Origin: Spizellomyces punctatus DAOM BR117
Taxonomy: Eukaryota
Length of the DNA stretch: 64,000 nucleotides
Reading direction: 5' to 3' (one strand)
Assembly (NCBI GenBank): GCA_000182565.2
Contig: KQ257465.1
The notes under the pieces were generated by a model. The model had not been told where the DNA came from. It made no database searches and saw only the letters and a list, made by a program, of their open reading frames with translations. A program made the translations under genes and the position numbers. This document shows, in pieces, positions 37,302-50,708 of this stretch. Numbering within the stretch: the first letter of the stretch is position 1; each line of letters opens with the position of its first letter.

Positions 37302-37852
37302 TATTCAAGAGCTTTCGTACTTGTGGTCTCTCGTCTGCTGAAGGGAAAACCGAAACCCCCGCCTTCGTAGGTAGGCACCTAACCGGTTAGAACATACGAA
37401 AATCTTCTGGGCAAATATGGAAGGAACTATCGAAGTGATTGGGACTGGTGGCGCCGCTTCTTTGGGGCGGGACTATAGATAGTAGGCTTAACTGCATGAT
37501 CTGAACACACAGCGGACACAACGGACAAAAAATAGAATGCCATGAGAATCTCTGCCAGGCATACTTTTCTTATACAATCTGGAAAGACGGATAAACAGAA
37601 GGGGCAGTCGCCATACAAATAACACCTTGCAACCTTCAATTTCTTTTACAGATATTCCATTCCAATCCCATGACTCAAACGTTCGCTGGCTAGGGAGTTA
37701 CCTCCATGTAATTGTCTTCTCACTCCACCACTCCGATTTATCAAGAAATAGACCGCAAAATGACGATAGACATGGTAATGCAGCCGCCAAATTGTTTCTC
37801 CCTTTCGATTCCTCTGCCTGGTTTACTTCTTTCAGATACTGAAAACAATTGT

Positions 37853-38511
37853 TCACGATTCCATTGGGGTGCCCTCGCTGTCCTGAGCCATATATTCGTC
37901 CAGTTCGTTATCGAGCTTGCTTGCAGCATATTTGGTATCCTTCATCATAAAGCTTTCGAGATCTCTGTCGAGAGCTTCTTTAGACGGCGGGGCACCACCT
38001 CGACCTCCACGACCGCGTCCACCACGAAATCCACCTCGACCACTACGAAAAGTGTTTCTTGCCGCAAAACCTCGTCCAAAACTCCCTCGACCACGGAAAG
38101 CGCTTCCTCCCCTTGCAAATCCTCGGCTGATTTTGGCGACGCCTCCACGGGCCACATGTCCATTCAGGCCGCCGCGCGCACCACGAAATGCACTAGCGTT
38201 AACAACGCCGCGATTCGCCATTGGTTTACCTCGGCCCAAACGATTGGCCATTACGGTAGCTTGACGGCTGCCGGCCTGTCGAGAGGCCACGCGAGCGATT
38301 TCAATTTGCCTGAATCTTCATAAAACATATAAAATAAGGAACCGGTGAGTATAACTATGAAGTTGAAACAAAGGAAAGGGGACAGGGTAACAAACCTATC
38401 GGAAAGTGAACTGTTCGCTTGCGTACCAGTTGAACCGTTGGTACCCTTAGTAACCACTACACGACGAGCAGGAGCGCCGTTGGCAGCATTTCCGTTCGCT
38501 GGTTTCGTCAT
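37853..38511 (-). CDS. CHTOP: CHTOP/Friend-of-PRMT1-like RGG protein
   Basis: N-terminal SLSDRF, central RGG tract, duplicated C-terminal KEALDRDLESFM / LDNELDEYM. Confidence 0.8.
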
Positions 38512-39327
38512 GATGAGAATAGGAAGCCGTTGGTCAACTAGAAAGAGAAACGCACAGCCAAAGATGTGCCATAATATCAGCATAGGAAATGCAACTACAT
38601 CAGGCCAGCGGAGGAGGTTAAGGAGACGGTCGATAACCACCAAAGTCAGAGGCATGTGTTCTTGCTGTCTCCTAACAATTTTCTTCTGGTAGCACACTGG
38701 CGATTCGGAGGTTTGCAAAAAGTCGCACCGATCGGCACAAGGTGAAAGTTCCCTCGACGCTCGCTTGGCTATACCTCGCTTGGCCATCGCTCGCCATGAT
38801 ATCCAACCACGCTTTTCCCACGACAAACGCAAGATCCACAACGATCTCTGGCAGCGTTAAAGGAGCCTTCACCACCCCATCGTCGCTGAACTTAACGCCT
38901 CTGACCAAGCTACTCGAACCCTCTCCCCAACCTTCTCCACAGGCAAAAAGTGGCACTCGGAAACAGCGAGCTCGTACATTTCTAAGACGGCCAAAATATC
39001 CAGTTGTTGAACGCAATAGGCGATCGAGACTCGTCTCTGGTCTGGTGCTTCCGACGGGCTTCAAATCCGAGCGTCCACCGTACACCTTCGCAATGTATAT
39101 TCAAGCTGAGAAGATGCAATCAGACAATCGGCCTTGTGAAATTTCAGTTGGTAGAGATCCTCGCGATGTGGTTTGAGTTAAGCAGGTGAAGTCAAACTGT
39201 CCAAACTGCGCGCTTTGATACCTCACGTGATAGTAGTGGCACAGCACCTTTCGGAATTTGGTTGAGGCCGATCTTAATAGGCATTAGGTCATGTTCGTCC
39301 ATCTGGCCCATCGTTTGCAAAAGAACT

Positions 39328-41739
39328 ATGTCGACAAAGAAGGGGGGAGATATTTTAAGTATGTTTAGAAGACCTTGTCATATTTCTCCAAGAGTTTGCT
39401 GACGTTGTCCTGTTAGGCTTGCTTCTCGCTTCACGACAGGTTTTCTGGAGCATCCTTGACCAGCAAAGCGGCAGCCTGAAGCATTACACGCGAACCTCTA
39501 GTATTCCCCGTGCAGCTGCCCGAGTTCTAAATAGAACCCGACATGCTGAAGCTCCAGCCCAGGAGTCAAGTGTCGCTAGTCATACAATCTCTCAGAGGTG
39601 GTTTCACCCTATATGTCTCCCCTATGGCCAAACTAACCATCCCCCGTCTCCCTAGTCCCCGGACTATAGATCCTGTGCACACGCAACCGTATGTAGAGAG
39701 TGCAAAAGAACATCCTCATGCATCAAAATCTGCTCCCCCACCCCCATTTTCATCTGAGGTATTATCCCATATATCACTTGACCTGCTTGAATTAATGATA
39801 GCACTCTAACCTTGTACAAAGCTCAATAATGGCGGACGGTTACCATTGCCTTCTGGAGCATCACACCTTCCAGACCCGCCAATAGATCCGCCGTCATCTA
39901 TTCCGCCTGATTCTCAAATGACTCGTGCAGCACGAACCGGGCATTTGGGTGCGAGCTTTTCAGCAACATCACGTGAACCTGTCTCGGAAAATACTGCGGA
40001 ACAGTCGGCGGATAACCGATCGCGGGTGAGCAGTTCGTAAATCTTACTTAAACAATTCCGCTGGCAACAAGCTTACTGAATATACCTCGGCCAAAGCCGG
40101 CAGCTTTTAAGCAATCCAGGGTCCCTTCATCACGAGTGGGCCGACTGTGGCACTATGGAAGTGAGTCAGAATGATACCTGAAATCTCGCATATTCCCGAG
40201 CTGATTATCAACCATCCTTCAGGTCTTGCAGCGGGCGTGGGTGTGGGTGCGGTGGGTGAAGCAGTCCGCCGAGCGGCGGGCTTTTCGGATGGGAATGGTA
40301 GCTACTACTGTCGCTATGCGAGATGGTTCCTTTTATTTACAGTCATTATTTTGAAGGTGGAAGTGTGGTTCTCAGTCCTGGAAATATCGAGAGAATTGTT
40401 AGCAAGCTGACGCGAATGCGAGGCGCCGCACTGAAACTCGGCCAGATGCTAAGTATACAAGGTATGGGGATATAGCCAGTACAGTAATTCATGTGGTGCT
40501 GATATCCTCGAATACTGTACGAATAGACAATTCCATGCTCCCTAAAGAGCTGGAGAACATCCTCCTACGTGTCCAGAACACTGCGAATTACATGCCTGAC
40601 TCACAGCTGCAGGTAAAACACCTTTTGACAATCATTCTCAACTCTGGCAGAGACCAATTCTTTAATTTCCAGACCACACTAAGCAGGGAGCTTGGACCGG
40701 ATTGGCGTTCAAAGTTTGGTGACTTTGAGCTCATGCCCATCGCTGCGGCGTCCATTGGGCAAGTTCATCGTGCTACGTTATTGGACGGTCAACCTGTGGC
40801 CGTTAAAGTGCAGTATCCTGGTGTAGCCGACAGTATCGACAGTGACCTGGACAACTTGCGCGCTCTCATACTGTTCAGCAATTTTCTGCCAAAAGGATTG
40901 TACCTCGATAACACTATCCGAGTTGCACGAAAAGAGCTGGCATGGGAATGCGATTATAAGCGAGAGGCGGAGGCCATGGAGAAATTTCGAGATCTAATCA
41001 AAGGCTTACGAGGCTTCAACGTCCCAAAAGTAATATCCAATCTCACGACCCCTCAAGTCTTGACAACGGAATTTGTCGAAGGGCTTCCCGTAGGGTCCTT
41101 CTCAAATCTTCCGCAGAGGATTCGCGACAGCATCGGTGAACGAATACTCCGTCTTTGTCTACGCGAACTATTTGAGTTCCGCTTCATGCAAACTGACCCT
41201 AACTGGTCCAACTTCTTGTATGATCCGCGCACGGATATGATACATTTGCTGGATTTTGGGGCGGCGAGAGAGTTTGATGCGAATTTCACCCAGAAATACA
41301 TGAATGTTTTGTATGCAGCTTCTGAAGGGGACCGAGAAGGGTGTGCATATTGGTCCAAAGTATTAGGGTTTTTGACTGGAATGGAGAGTCAGGTAAGCTT
41401 ATCCAGTACATGTTAATTCAATCTTTCTGAATCCTAACCGGTCCGCTGACGCAGGCTATGACGAATGCCCATGTTAACTCTATCCTCATGCTGGCGGAAC
41501 CGTTTTCAAAGTTTGGTCCTGCCGTCTATGATTTCGGAAAACAGGATGTGACCAACCGCGTCCGCGCGGAGATTCCGTTGATGCTCAGAGAGAGACTGAC
41601 TCCACCACCTGACGAGACGTATTCATTGCATAGGAAGCTATCGGGGGCCTTCTTGCTGTGCACAAAACTGAGATCCAGAATTAGGTGTAGAGAAATCTTT
41701 GAGGGATTTAGGGAGCGATATGTCTTTGATTTGGCATAA
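39328..41739 (+). CDS. COQ8: COQ8/ABC1 atypical kinase
   Basis: [65 protein letters not shown]. Confidence 0.95.
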
Positions 41740-41848
41740 AGTCAATAGTGTGAACCATTTAAGACGATTAGAACTAGTACTACTACGAAAATAGATTAGA
41801 TTAGTATGTACAAAGGGCCCAAGCAAAATCTACAATTCAAGGTATCAT

Positions 41849-43996
41849 TTATCGGATCTTTTGTGGCATTTTGACCACCCGATTTCGAGATACAGGCTCC
41901 CTAATCTGTAATTCAGGCTCACTGTCTGAATCCGCCTTCGCAGCCCTGCGGGGAAATTTCTTTTGAGTTAGCTTTTCGAAAATGCTGGAATCGGGTTCGC
42001 TATCGGACTCTGCCGCTTTCTCAAAACGGTCGTCCGCTACGTCCAATTCCGAATCGCTATCGATGACATAAAAGTGATCGGCCTCGTCCCGGAGGTGCAG
42101 TTTTCCTTGACCCTTTTTTCGTTTTTGCCCCTGAGTCGACTTTTGGCTGTCGACATTGTCTCCTCTTTTCCTCTTTTGCCCCAGCGCGGGAGACCCTGAG
42201 ACGTTTGCTCGTGTGACGTACTCTTTTAGATTATCTCGAATCTCATCATACTGCTCCTGGACAGCTTCTCGATGCTCCATCACTTCCTTTCTAACTGTAA
42301 GTATACTGCCGAGCAGAGTGGGCACATTCACATGGCGTCCTGCGTGTAATCGTTCGTATCCGGCACCTATCATGCCCTGGAGGAGTCTGGACGCACGCAT
42401 GAATTCGTAACGAATCGCCGGCCAGGCACGAGTTGCTCCGGCGATTTCATTTGCTGCGGTGACAAGCGTTAGATGGCCAATGACGCGTATTCGCGAAGGC
42501 ATGGTGGTGACTTACTCGGATCTTGTGGGTCCAGGATACATAGCGCCGTTGGCCGTGGGGGCCCACGCTGCAGCGGACAGGTTCTTGGGTTCTGGTAGAT
42601 TTCCTATAATTGGATGCGCTCCCTGATGTTAGATCAACTAAAACTCGGGAGAGATCCAGCAAACAACCGACCTTGCGATAGTACCAAGCCCGTTCGAGAT
42701 TCACCCCAATACCAACGTCCTCGTAGTTGAACTGTGAACCGTATAATTCCAGCATGTCCAGTAACAGCACTCCCAGGTTATCTTTGGCTCTTATCTGGCC
42801 AGTTTGTAGTTTTGGATGAAGCTAAACACAAAACAACATTCCATAACTCAGCGAATAGGCGCCAACGGCTAAGGATACGATTCATCAGTACCTTTAGAAA
42901 CGCGGTTATAAGGGTCATTAGTGCGTAGCTGCCCAATCCTCCTGTGAACACCTCATTCAAGTGCCTTTGCAAAAGAAACTGCTTCATGATGAGGAGTAGT
43001 GGTCGAAGACCTTCCCCGGAAAGCGGGTCGTCAATGAACTTCTTCACAATATCCGCAGCATGCACTCCAGTTTCGACATTGAAACTGATATCGGCTGGGA
43101 ACTTCGTCAGCGCATCTACAATTTTGATGATTGGCACCTAACACCATGCTTGATGAGATTCTCGGATCTGTCGCTGGCTTTGAGGGGAACTGCCCACCTT
43201 CGCATTTCTAATTACTTCAATTTTTGATGCAATACCAGCACGCTTTACCGCTGTCTCCAGTTGGTGTAAACAAATCGGCGGATATGCACTTCTTTCGAGA
43301 ATGACTACGTCAACGTCACTAGTGCACGCCATATTAAATAACGGTTTGTGATGTGAAACATCGCCGGCTACGTGGCAATCCTTACCTCGAAGGAAGATAA
43401 AGTTTTGTTTCGAAGCTGCCGAATACGTGAACCTCTGCTCGCGGCCATACCGACTGCACAACATGTGTGATTCTGTCGACCGTCAATTGACGCATGCTAT
43501 GTTCGGCTTCTGTCGGGATGAGAAAAGAGATATAGTCGTCGATTTCTTCATGCAACCTTTTTCAACGCGATTGAGCGGAATTCGAGGTGCGAATGAAAGT
43601 GAGAAACTGGCCCATGGAAAGTACCTCTATAAGATACACCTACATCTTCAACAGGTTTTTCGAATAAACTCTTCCTTTAGGCTGCCATGGAGGGGTCGGT
43701 AGCGGAGTCAAAATATCCAAGCTTTTAGGCTTCAGCTGGTCTTGCCGTTTCCCGCGAGGATCAGAATTCGGAGCAAAAGCTCCACCTTGCCCACCTCGGC
43801 GAGCAGGTGCGGAGTCCGGTCTTACGTTCGATTTGGTGCGACCGGCTGGAGTTTTGGGTGCTTGAGCTTGAGCTTGGGCTTCTGACGTGGGGCCAGGACC
43901 ATCCAGCTGATCCACATATTGATCATCGTCCAAGTCTAAAGGTATATAGTCGTCTTGCTCCGCAGCAACATCTGGCGTCGAGGTGATCTCACCCAT
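41849..43996 (-). CDS. TRF4: TRF4/5-type non-canonical poly(A) polymerase (TRAMP)
   Basis: FGSFETKLYLPSSDVDVV, AKVPIIK, DISFN, LNEVFTGGLGSY, IQDPQD, PTLLGSIL. Confidence 0.92.
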
Positions 43997-44113
43997 ATCT
44001 ATCGAACCAAGTAGGAAATGTCTCCTGCTTTCTGTCGGATGAGTACACGTGCTAATGCTTAGCTCAATTATGAGCGATCGTGGAGAACAACTTGTGAAGT
44101 TTTCCTGTTGGCG

Positions 44114-44944
44114 ATGGATTCCTCTCTCTCAAGACGACTAGGATTTCTGCATGACGCTGCTCATTCCCTTTTCGCGACATGCCCATCACTCTCCCGCTTC
44201 TACCTTTCAAAATTCCAAGACGTCTGTGCTGATCAGAAGGTGCCCATTGTAGAAAGAGTCTCCAAAAGGTTTTGTTCGAGGTGTGGGAGCTTATTTGTAC
44301 CGGGGCAAAACGTAAGGGTAAGGGTCACTGGAGATGGCAATGGAGAGAAACACAAGAAGAAGAAACGAAAGACGGGCAACCGCTCATCGGCGCCAACTAG
44401 GCAGGAAACGTTGAGTCATGCCTGCCATGTCTCCCACCCGGGAAACCGGACGAGAATTATAATCAATCATGTGAAGAATTCAGAGTCAATGATGGGGCGA
44501 GTGACATCGGGGGTGCTTCCTTTGCAGATACCAGCGCCAATTTCTGGGAAGAGATTAAGACTTGTAGCGGAGAGTCACCAGTCAAATGCGACCCTTATGA
44601 ATCAAGTGGCATATCTCTGCGTTATATGCGGGGCAGAAACTCGCTTTCCAGGGACATCTATCGAGCATGTGAGGCAGTTTGATGCTGCAAAAAACAGCCT
44701 CAATGCCGCTGTCAAAGTTCCAATCCTACCCTCTGGAGCCAAAGCCACTCCTGCGTCAGAATGTTCACAAGCAACGACAGGGAATCTCTCCAATGTCTTG
44801 GAATCTTCCCCATGTGGAGTCAAGAAGAAAAAGAAAGAAAAGCGCAAAAATGACTTACGGACGCTCCTGGCAGCTAGTAAAAAGGATGATGCTCAGAGAA
44901 CAGGAGACAGCCTAAATTTGACCGATTTTCTGTCGAGTTTGTAG
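44114..44944 (+). CDS. Rpr2/Rpp21/Snm1-family RNase P/MRP subunit
   Basis: RLGFLHDAAH, KRFCSRCGSLFVPG, YLCVICG; Lys-rich tail ending LTDFLSSL. Confidence 0.75.
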   Translation: MDSSLSRRLGFLHDAAHSLFATCPSLSRFYLSKFQDVCADQKVPIVERVSKRFCSRCGSLFVPGQNVRVRVTGDGNGEKHKKKKRKTGNRSSAPTRQETLSHACHVSHPGNRTRIIINHVKNSESMMGRVTSGVLPLQIPAPISGKRLRLVAESHQSNATLMNQVAYLCVICGAETRFPGTSIEHVRQFDAAKNSLNAAVKVPILPSGAKATPASECSQATTGNLSNVLESSPCGVKKKKKEKRKNDLRTLLAASKKDDAQRTGDSLNLTDFLSSL

Positions 44945-45028
44945 CATTTGGTAGAGCTATACACTCTGTATTCTAAACTAGTAGATCGCATTATCATATC
45001 CTTCTATTGAACTGCAGTAGTGGAAGTT

Positions 45029-45909
45029 TCATGTTTCTACTTTAGGGGTACCGCCTACGTACTTGGTATGGCTGAAATACACTCCCTTCAATAACCAAAT
45101 CCGAAACAGACAATGTGGATGTTAAAGCCCACCTTCCTGTGGCCAGCAATTTATCTCCAGCTTTCACCTCGACGGTAGTGTATGCCAAGGTTTTCCCTTT
45201 CTTATTGCATGTGGAATGAATCCTAGGGTCCAAAAGGTCATCGATGATTCACTACTTGCATACTCGCAGAGCAGATACATACTGGAGCTTGTCGCCGATT
45301 TTACCGCCTTAGGTGCACTTCCGCATTATTGGCCCATATTTTGTAGACAATTCGATTCTACTAACTCACCATTAAGAAACGAGACAGATATGTCTGTGCT
45401 AACCTGCACAGAGATTAAGGAGCAAGCTCACGGTACGAATACATCAAGTCGACAGATACCCCAGTATACGTGTTATTTGCTTTAGCAGCTACGGCAAGTG
45501 ATCCTCCAATATCGACCAAGGTACATATTGTACTAATGGATGTTAATTCCAAGGGCCAAGCACAACAATATAACGTAACACAGTTACCCTCCGTGTAAAC
45601 CTTGAAGGCGGTTCAAATGGTAGTCCTCCACAGTCAGCTGCCCCAAAAATATTTCAACGATGGGTTGCCATCGCTGTCAGTTGCTCTTAGCAAATAAAGC
45701 GAACCTCGCACAAAACTGTTCCCTTATGATGGCAAGCTTCCACTACGCGCAACTGTAGATGTATTGAGGATAAGGCCGATGAGGCTTGCTTCCTCCCGTC
45801 CAACCCATCTTACCTTGCTTAAAATACGGCTGTCAAGGCCACCAGCCCCAACAATTGAACTCCATGTTTTCCTAACGACTTCCAACGCGGACGTTGCGGG
45901 GCGATGCAT
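45029..45909 (-). CDS. Hotdog-fold acyl-CoA thioesterase (ACOT13/PaaI-like), many short exons
   Basis: HLNRLQGLHGG, LVDIGGSLA, GVSTDISVSFL, KGKTLAYT, ATGSHTKYV. Confidence 0.85.
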
Positions 45910-46116
45910 GACAAACCGTGAGTCGGGTATGGGTTCAAGATGGATAACCGATCGATTGGTCAACGCGAGGCACAGTCATCCTAAGTTACCGACCTCGCAG
46001 ACAATGTGTGGCAAATTATCATGCTACGAGATTGCAGTAGATGCTTCGCGTATTATACTTTTCCCTGGCTCTAATAACAGTGCAGCAACAAAATCATGCA
46101 AGATCTATCTATCTAT

Positions 46117-47382
46117 TTACACCTTAAGCTTTTCCGACAGAGTAGCCGTCAACCTTGACACCTCGTCGTCACCCTCAGCCTCGCTTGGTACCTTCTCCTC
46201 CTCCTCCTCCTCTGCTTCTTCCTCCTCTTCCTCCTCCTCCCACTCCATCTCATCTAGCTCATCTAATGCTTCCTCATGACCATGGCCCAACAATACTCGC
46301 TTAATGTCCCGAACAGCATCACCTTCCGGATCAAAAGCATTACCGTTCAATTCAATCGCAACGAGGTTTTTCTTGTTCAGGAGCATGCCAGCAACATATC
46401 CTGCACCCTCCGAATCCATCTCGTTGAATGCTAGGTGCAGTCGCTCAAGGTTAAGGTGTCCGGGGGTTAAGGCTTTCAATACTGCGAGACTGCCCGATGC
46501 ACTGAGGAGACAATCACCGACGTGCAATATTCTCAATTTTTCCCACGTCGGGAGCACCTTGGCGAGTGATCGGGATCCTACGTCGGTAAAGGTGTTGTCC
46601 TGAAGATCAAGGTGCTCCAGATTCTTGCAAGCCGCCAGGGCTTCCATCAAAACCTGAATGCCTTCTGGCCGGATACTGTTCTGTGGCATGCGGATCTCGC
46701 GCAGACTCTCACCGTGAGCCTCAAACGCCTTGCAGAGATGTTGTATTCCTTTGCTTTCCATTCGATTCCTCCCTGCAACAACAACTCGCAAAGCAGGCTT
46801 GCGCTCTTCCGCCTTATTCTTTTCTGCCGCAGTAACAAGGGCCTCCGCAACCAATCTTGCCCCTTCAATTCCAAGTCCATTGTTGTTTAAACGTAGGACT
46901 TGAATGTTTCGGTTATTGATCAAAAGTCTTTGCAGCGGCTCTGCCCCAGCCGGCCCAAAAGCGTTATCAGAGAGGTCGAGTTCAACAAGGTTGACCTTAT
47001 CCTCAAGTGCTTCTGCAAGGGCTTCTAGTACCAATGGAATTTCATTTCGCAGTCGTCCCGTAAACATGTCGCTGAGGCTCGCTATCTATAAAACGCAATC
47101 CAGGTATTTAGTGTATTAGAGTAACGATTGCATCCTTTCACCGACAAACATGGACCTTACCCGAAGAGAATGCTGATCTTTCAATGCATGCGCGATTGCC
47201 CGTCCTGCTTCCACACCAAAAGTGTTTCCGCTCAATCGGATTTCGGTGAGACCTTTCGTTGCAATAATCTCATCTACGTATTGCTTGACATCCTCCGCTG
47301 TATTCAATTTGAGGGTCTTCCCCTCTAAAGAGTAAACCACGGCGTCGGAGGTGTTAGATCCGTCGGTTGTAACTGTCGACAT
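46117..47382 (-). CDS. RNA1: Ran GTPase-activating protein
   Basis: LSGNTFGVEA, DMFTGRL, LSDNAFGP, LNNNGLG, GRNRME, LQDNTF; acidic tail. Confidence 0.95.
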
Positions 47383-47903
47383 TATGTTAATAGCTATGAC
47401 GCTAGTTCAGGTGTTGATACCACGTCAAAGAGTGTCGCAAGCTGGATACACAGATTCAGCCTACTTCGTCAGTCCAGAAGCCTTTATTTAACTTGTAGCA
47501 GTCTTTAGGATCCCTACCTCTCTACACGATCCAAAGAGGTATGCAGTCCTCCCACCACACTGCAAGAGCGAGTTGCAGAGCGATCAAATAAGCACGTGAC
47601 TTGTCATGCGAATCCATTTGGAATTCCAATCAATTCAAATGTAAAGAACCACATTAGACTGCGGAAACAAACAAAAACACCTTATCGGATGTGTGCTAAC
47701 GCGGCTGAAACTGGTTGCGGCTTGTAAGGTGGCAAACACCCGCGGGCACGGACACTCGCCGCACTCCGTCATTGGCATTTGAGTACTACAAGCATCTTAC
47801 CACATCTCTAATCCGCTCCATTCACGAGTCTTGACACTGACCCATTCAGAGGACACCGTCCAAGTCACAACAAACTAAAGCAGCTTCTACATATACCGCA
47901 AAA

Positions 47904-49017
47904 ATGGCATCGAAGGGGGCTCATAAGCGCCTGACGAAGGAATATATTGCAATTACAAAAAACCCTCCCGATTACATTGTTGCAAAGCCTTTGGAGTCGA
48001 ACATTTTAGAATGGTAAGCTTCCACATCACACAGGCCTAGTGGACGGTTTCCGGTTGCCCAGTTGTACAGAGGTTCAGGTCTCTTTTAGTGCGTAATTTG
48101 ACAGCTTCATGTGTGTTTCCCAGGCACTACGTGATTCGAGGCCCACCGGACTCCCCCTACGAAGGAGGCGAATATCATGGAAAAGTAATATTCCCCGCCG
48201 ACTATCCATACAAACCTCCCGCCATCAAGATGCTCACACCGAACGGCCGTTTTCAAACGGATTACAGGCTCTGCCTGAGTATGAGCGATTACCATCGTAA
48301 GTGCGGCCTCGCTTGGGTCGGCGACTGTGCGCATAGGTTGAAAAAGGATCTCATATTGCCCTTTCGTCACGCTAGCCGGTACTTGGAATCCAGCTTGGTC
48401 TGTTGCAACAATATTGACAGGATTGTTGAGTTTCATGGTTGGTGATTGTCAGTCGAGATTGTGGATTCAAGTACAGCTCACAAGTGCCTGTAATTAGCTG
48501 GAGGATGCACCAACCACTGGCAGTATCAAATCAACCTTGGAAGAAAAGCGGCTCTATGCAAGAAAATCTCATCAGTGGAATTTGAATAATGGGAAATTCA
48601 AAGGTGCGTCAGCATCGACATCAATGTTGTCACTGCCAAGTACCTGACAGGTGAGGTTTTGCAGAGATATTCCCCGACCTTTGCACCCCTGAGCTGGCCC
48701 CGCTCCCCAACGCGCCGATAGCGAAACCCCCTTTGAAACCCGCCCTCAAATCCGCCGCCCACCCCGCTGTCCCAAACCCATCAGACCTCCATCGCCGTAC
48801 AACCACATCGACATCCTCTCCATCTGTTTCAACGTCAGCAGCAACTCAGGCAACAAACCGCCACGCCGTAGGAGCGAATGAAGCAGGAGTGGTAGTCGCA
48901 AATGTATGGCAGAATGTGAGGTCAAACATATGGAGAGTGCTACTATTGGTGGTCTTCTTGTATTTGGTAGTGCTGAAGGTTGTGGATAGGGTCGCCGAAG
49001 ATTCTGATGAGATGTGA
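47904..49017 (+). CDS. UBC6: ER ubiquitin-conjugating enzyme Ubc6/UBE2J2
   Basis: KRLTKEY, WHYVIRGP, YPYKPP, TPNGRF, RLCLSMSDYHP, WNPAWSV; C-terminal TM anchor. Confidence 0.95.
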
Positions 49018-49177
49018 GAATTCAATTTCAGCATATCGATGTGACTTCTATGAACGTGTGTGAAGTCGTATAAGAGAGTTTGTTCGGTCCGTTTGCAGGC
49101 GCCCTAACGTAACTGAGAAACCACTCGGGAATGACTCTATGTGAGGGATGGATTGATCACGTCTTATTTACAACCTC

Positions 49178-50582
49178 TTAAAAGTTAAGAACAAGATAAA
49201 GATGTGATAGGTTTACTGTTTGCCGACATAGCGGACATTCTGCCTAATATGGAGAGCATGTCTCAGCATCCGCCTGTCTTCAAAATCAATGGTCACTTAC
49301 CTTATTTCGGCACCACTCGGCAATGCAATTCCAGCAAAACAAATGACCACATGGTGTCGCGGTCGTATGTCGTCTTGGGCTTAGACACAGCATACATTTT
49401 TGCCTTTCTTGCTGCTCTGGGGTTAGGCCTAGCGCAACTGATTGCGCCAAATCTTGGTCGCTGTAGAGGACGAACCTTAGTACATCCCAGCCCACAATGT
49501 ACGAACCGGGTGATGTTACTTACTCATTGTAGTCCCCTTCGGGTTCATCCTGCCCTTTATCTGCCAGTCTCTGGCGCTGATGAATATATCCTTGCACCAG
49601 CATCTGTACAACGATGAGCATGCCAAGGACCTCATAGCTTATTTGCTTTTCGCCGCTGCGGAGTTGCCGCATGAAAATCTAGGTTGAAATCAAGTTGTAG
49701 GTCCTGCAGGAAATGGAAATAAAAAAGCACCACATACGTATCGAATGCCCAGTATCCGTTTCGATACGTGATAGTATGCACCGTAAAAGTAAAATAGTGC
49801 AAGGTGTAAAGGACGCAGCTTTTGTAGTGTTGGGAGATGGGTGGACAGCAATTGGATAACTTTTTCTTGAGTTGGATTCATGGCTGTTATGCCACATATG
49901 TGAGATGTTGGCTGTGAGTACCATAATTGAGGATAGTATATATACCAGATGATGGTCGCCGTGAAAGACCCTTGATGTGAGCGATGAGGCGTGTGAATAT
50001 ATAGGGAGTCAGCACATGGAAGAGTACCAAAGCATTGCGGGACTAATGTGGAATGAGAGTAATTAAGGTTGCAAAACTGTGATCGATCGCAAGGGAAAGG
50101 GTTGGTCTTACCATCGCAGAAGGTGGTGTGATGGTTGAGGATCGGACTTGCATTATATCACAGTATTCTTCCCCAAGTGTTCGCGAACCTTTAGAACAGA
50201 GACACACACAACAATGAACATGCCTGAGTGAGATGCATATTCTGTCGAGTAAACCTACCAGCAGCGGTTGTTAAACCGTAATACGTCAAGTCCGAAAACA
50301 AGTTGACTTTGTCCTGATACTTCAGATGTACTCTCGTTCCTATTACACTCAAACAACGGCTGTCAGCACCTTCAACCTGCTGATGTCATGCTCATAAGGT
50401 TGCTCACCGAAAAATGAGCGAAAGACGCTTGAGAACTGATCTTGAAGAAACTTTTGGTAGTAGACATCTTTTTGGTTGGCACGAATAACATCAGGTTGAG
50501 ATCCGTATGGAAATGTGAGCGAGGTTGCTTGCGGTGACCCCGCAGGTTGTGGTGTGGTCAATGCAGTCGGAGATTGCGACAT
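49178..50582 (-). CDS. PEX10: Peroxisomal RING E3 ligase Pex10
   Basis: [63 protein letters not shown]. Confidence 0.93.
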
Positions 50583-50708
50583 TGTAGTTCCATGTTATGG
50601 GCGAGTCAAGACAGAGCTCTGTTGAAGTGAGTCAGCGCAAAGCTCTGGTCACGGTATTTAGCCCTATCCGTCCGCGTCAACTTCAAAGCTCTCTGTTCTG
50701 CGACCATA

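Noticed and set aside
37712-38323. 203-aa and 115-aa + strand ORFs
   Set aside because: Antisense shadows of the RGG-rich CHTOP exon
42823-42891. TGATGA..CTGA boxes and GTATCCTT inside a TRF4 intron
   Set aside because: The intron is under 70 nt, too short for a snoRNA, and GTATCCTT is not at the frame-restoring donor
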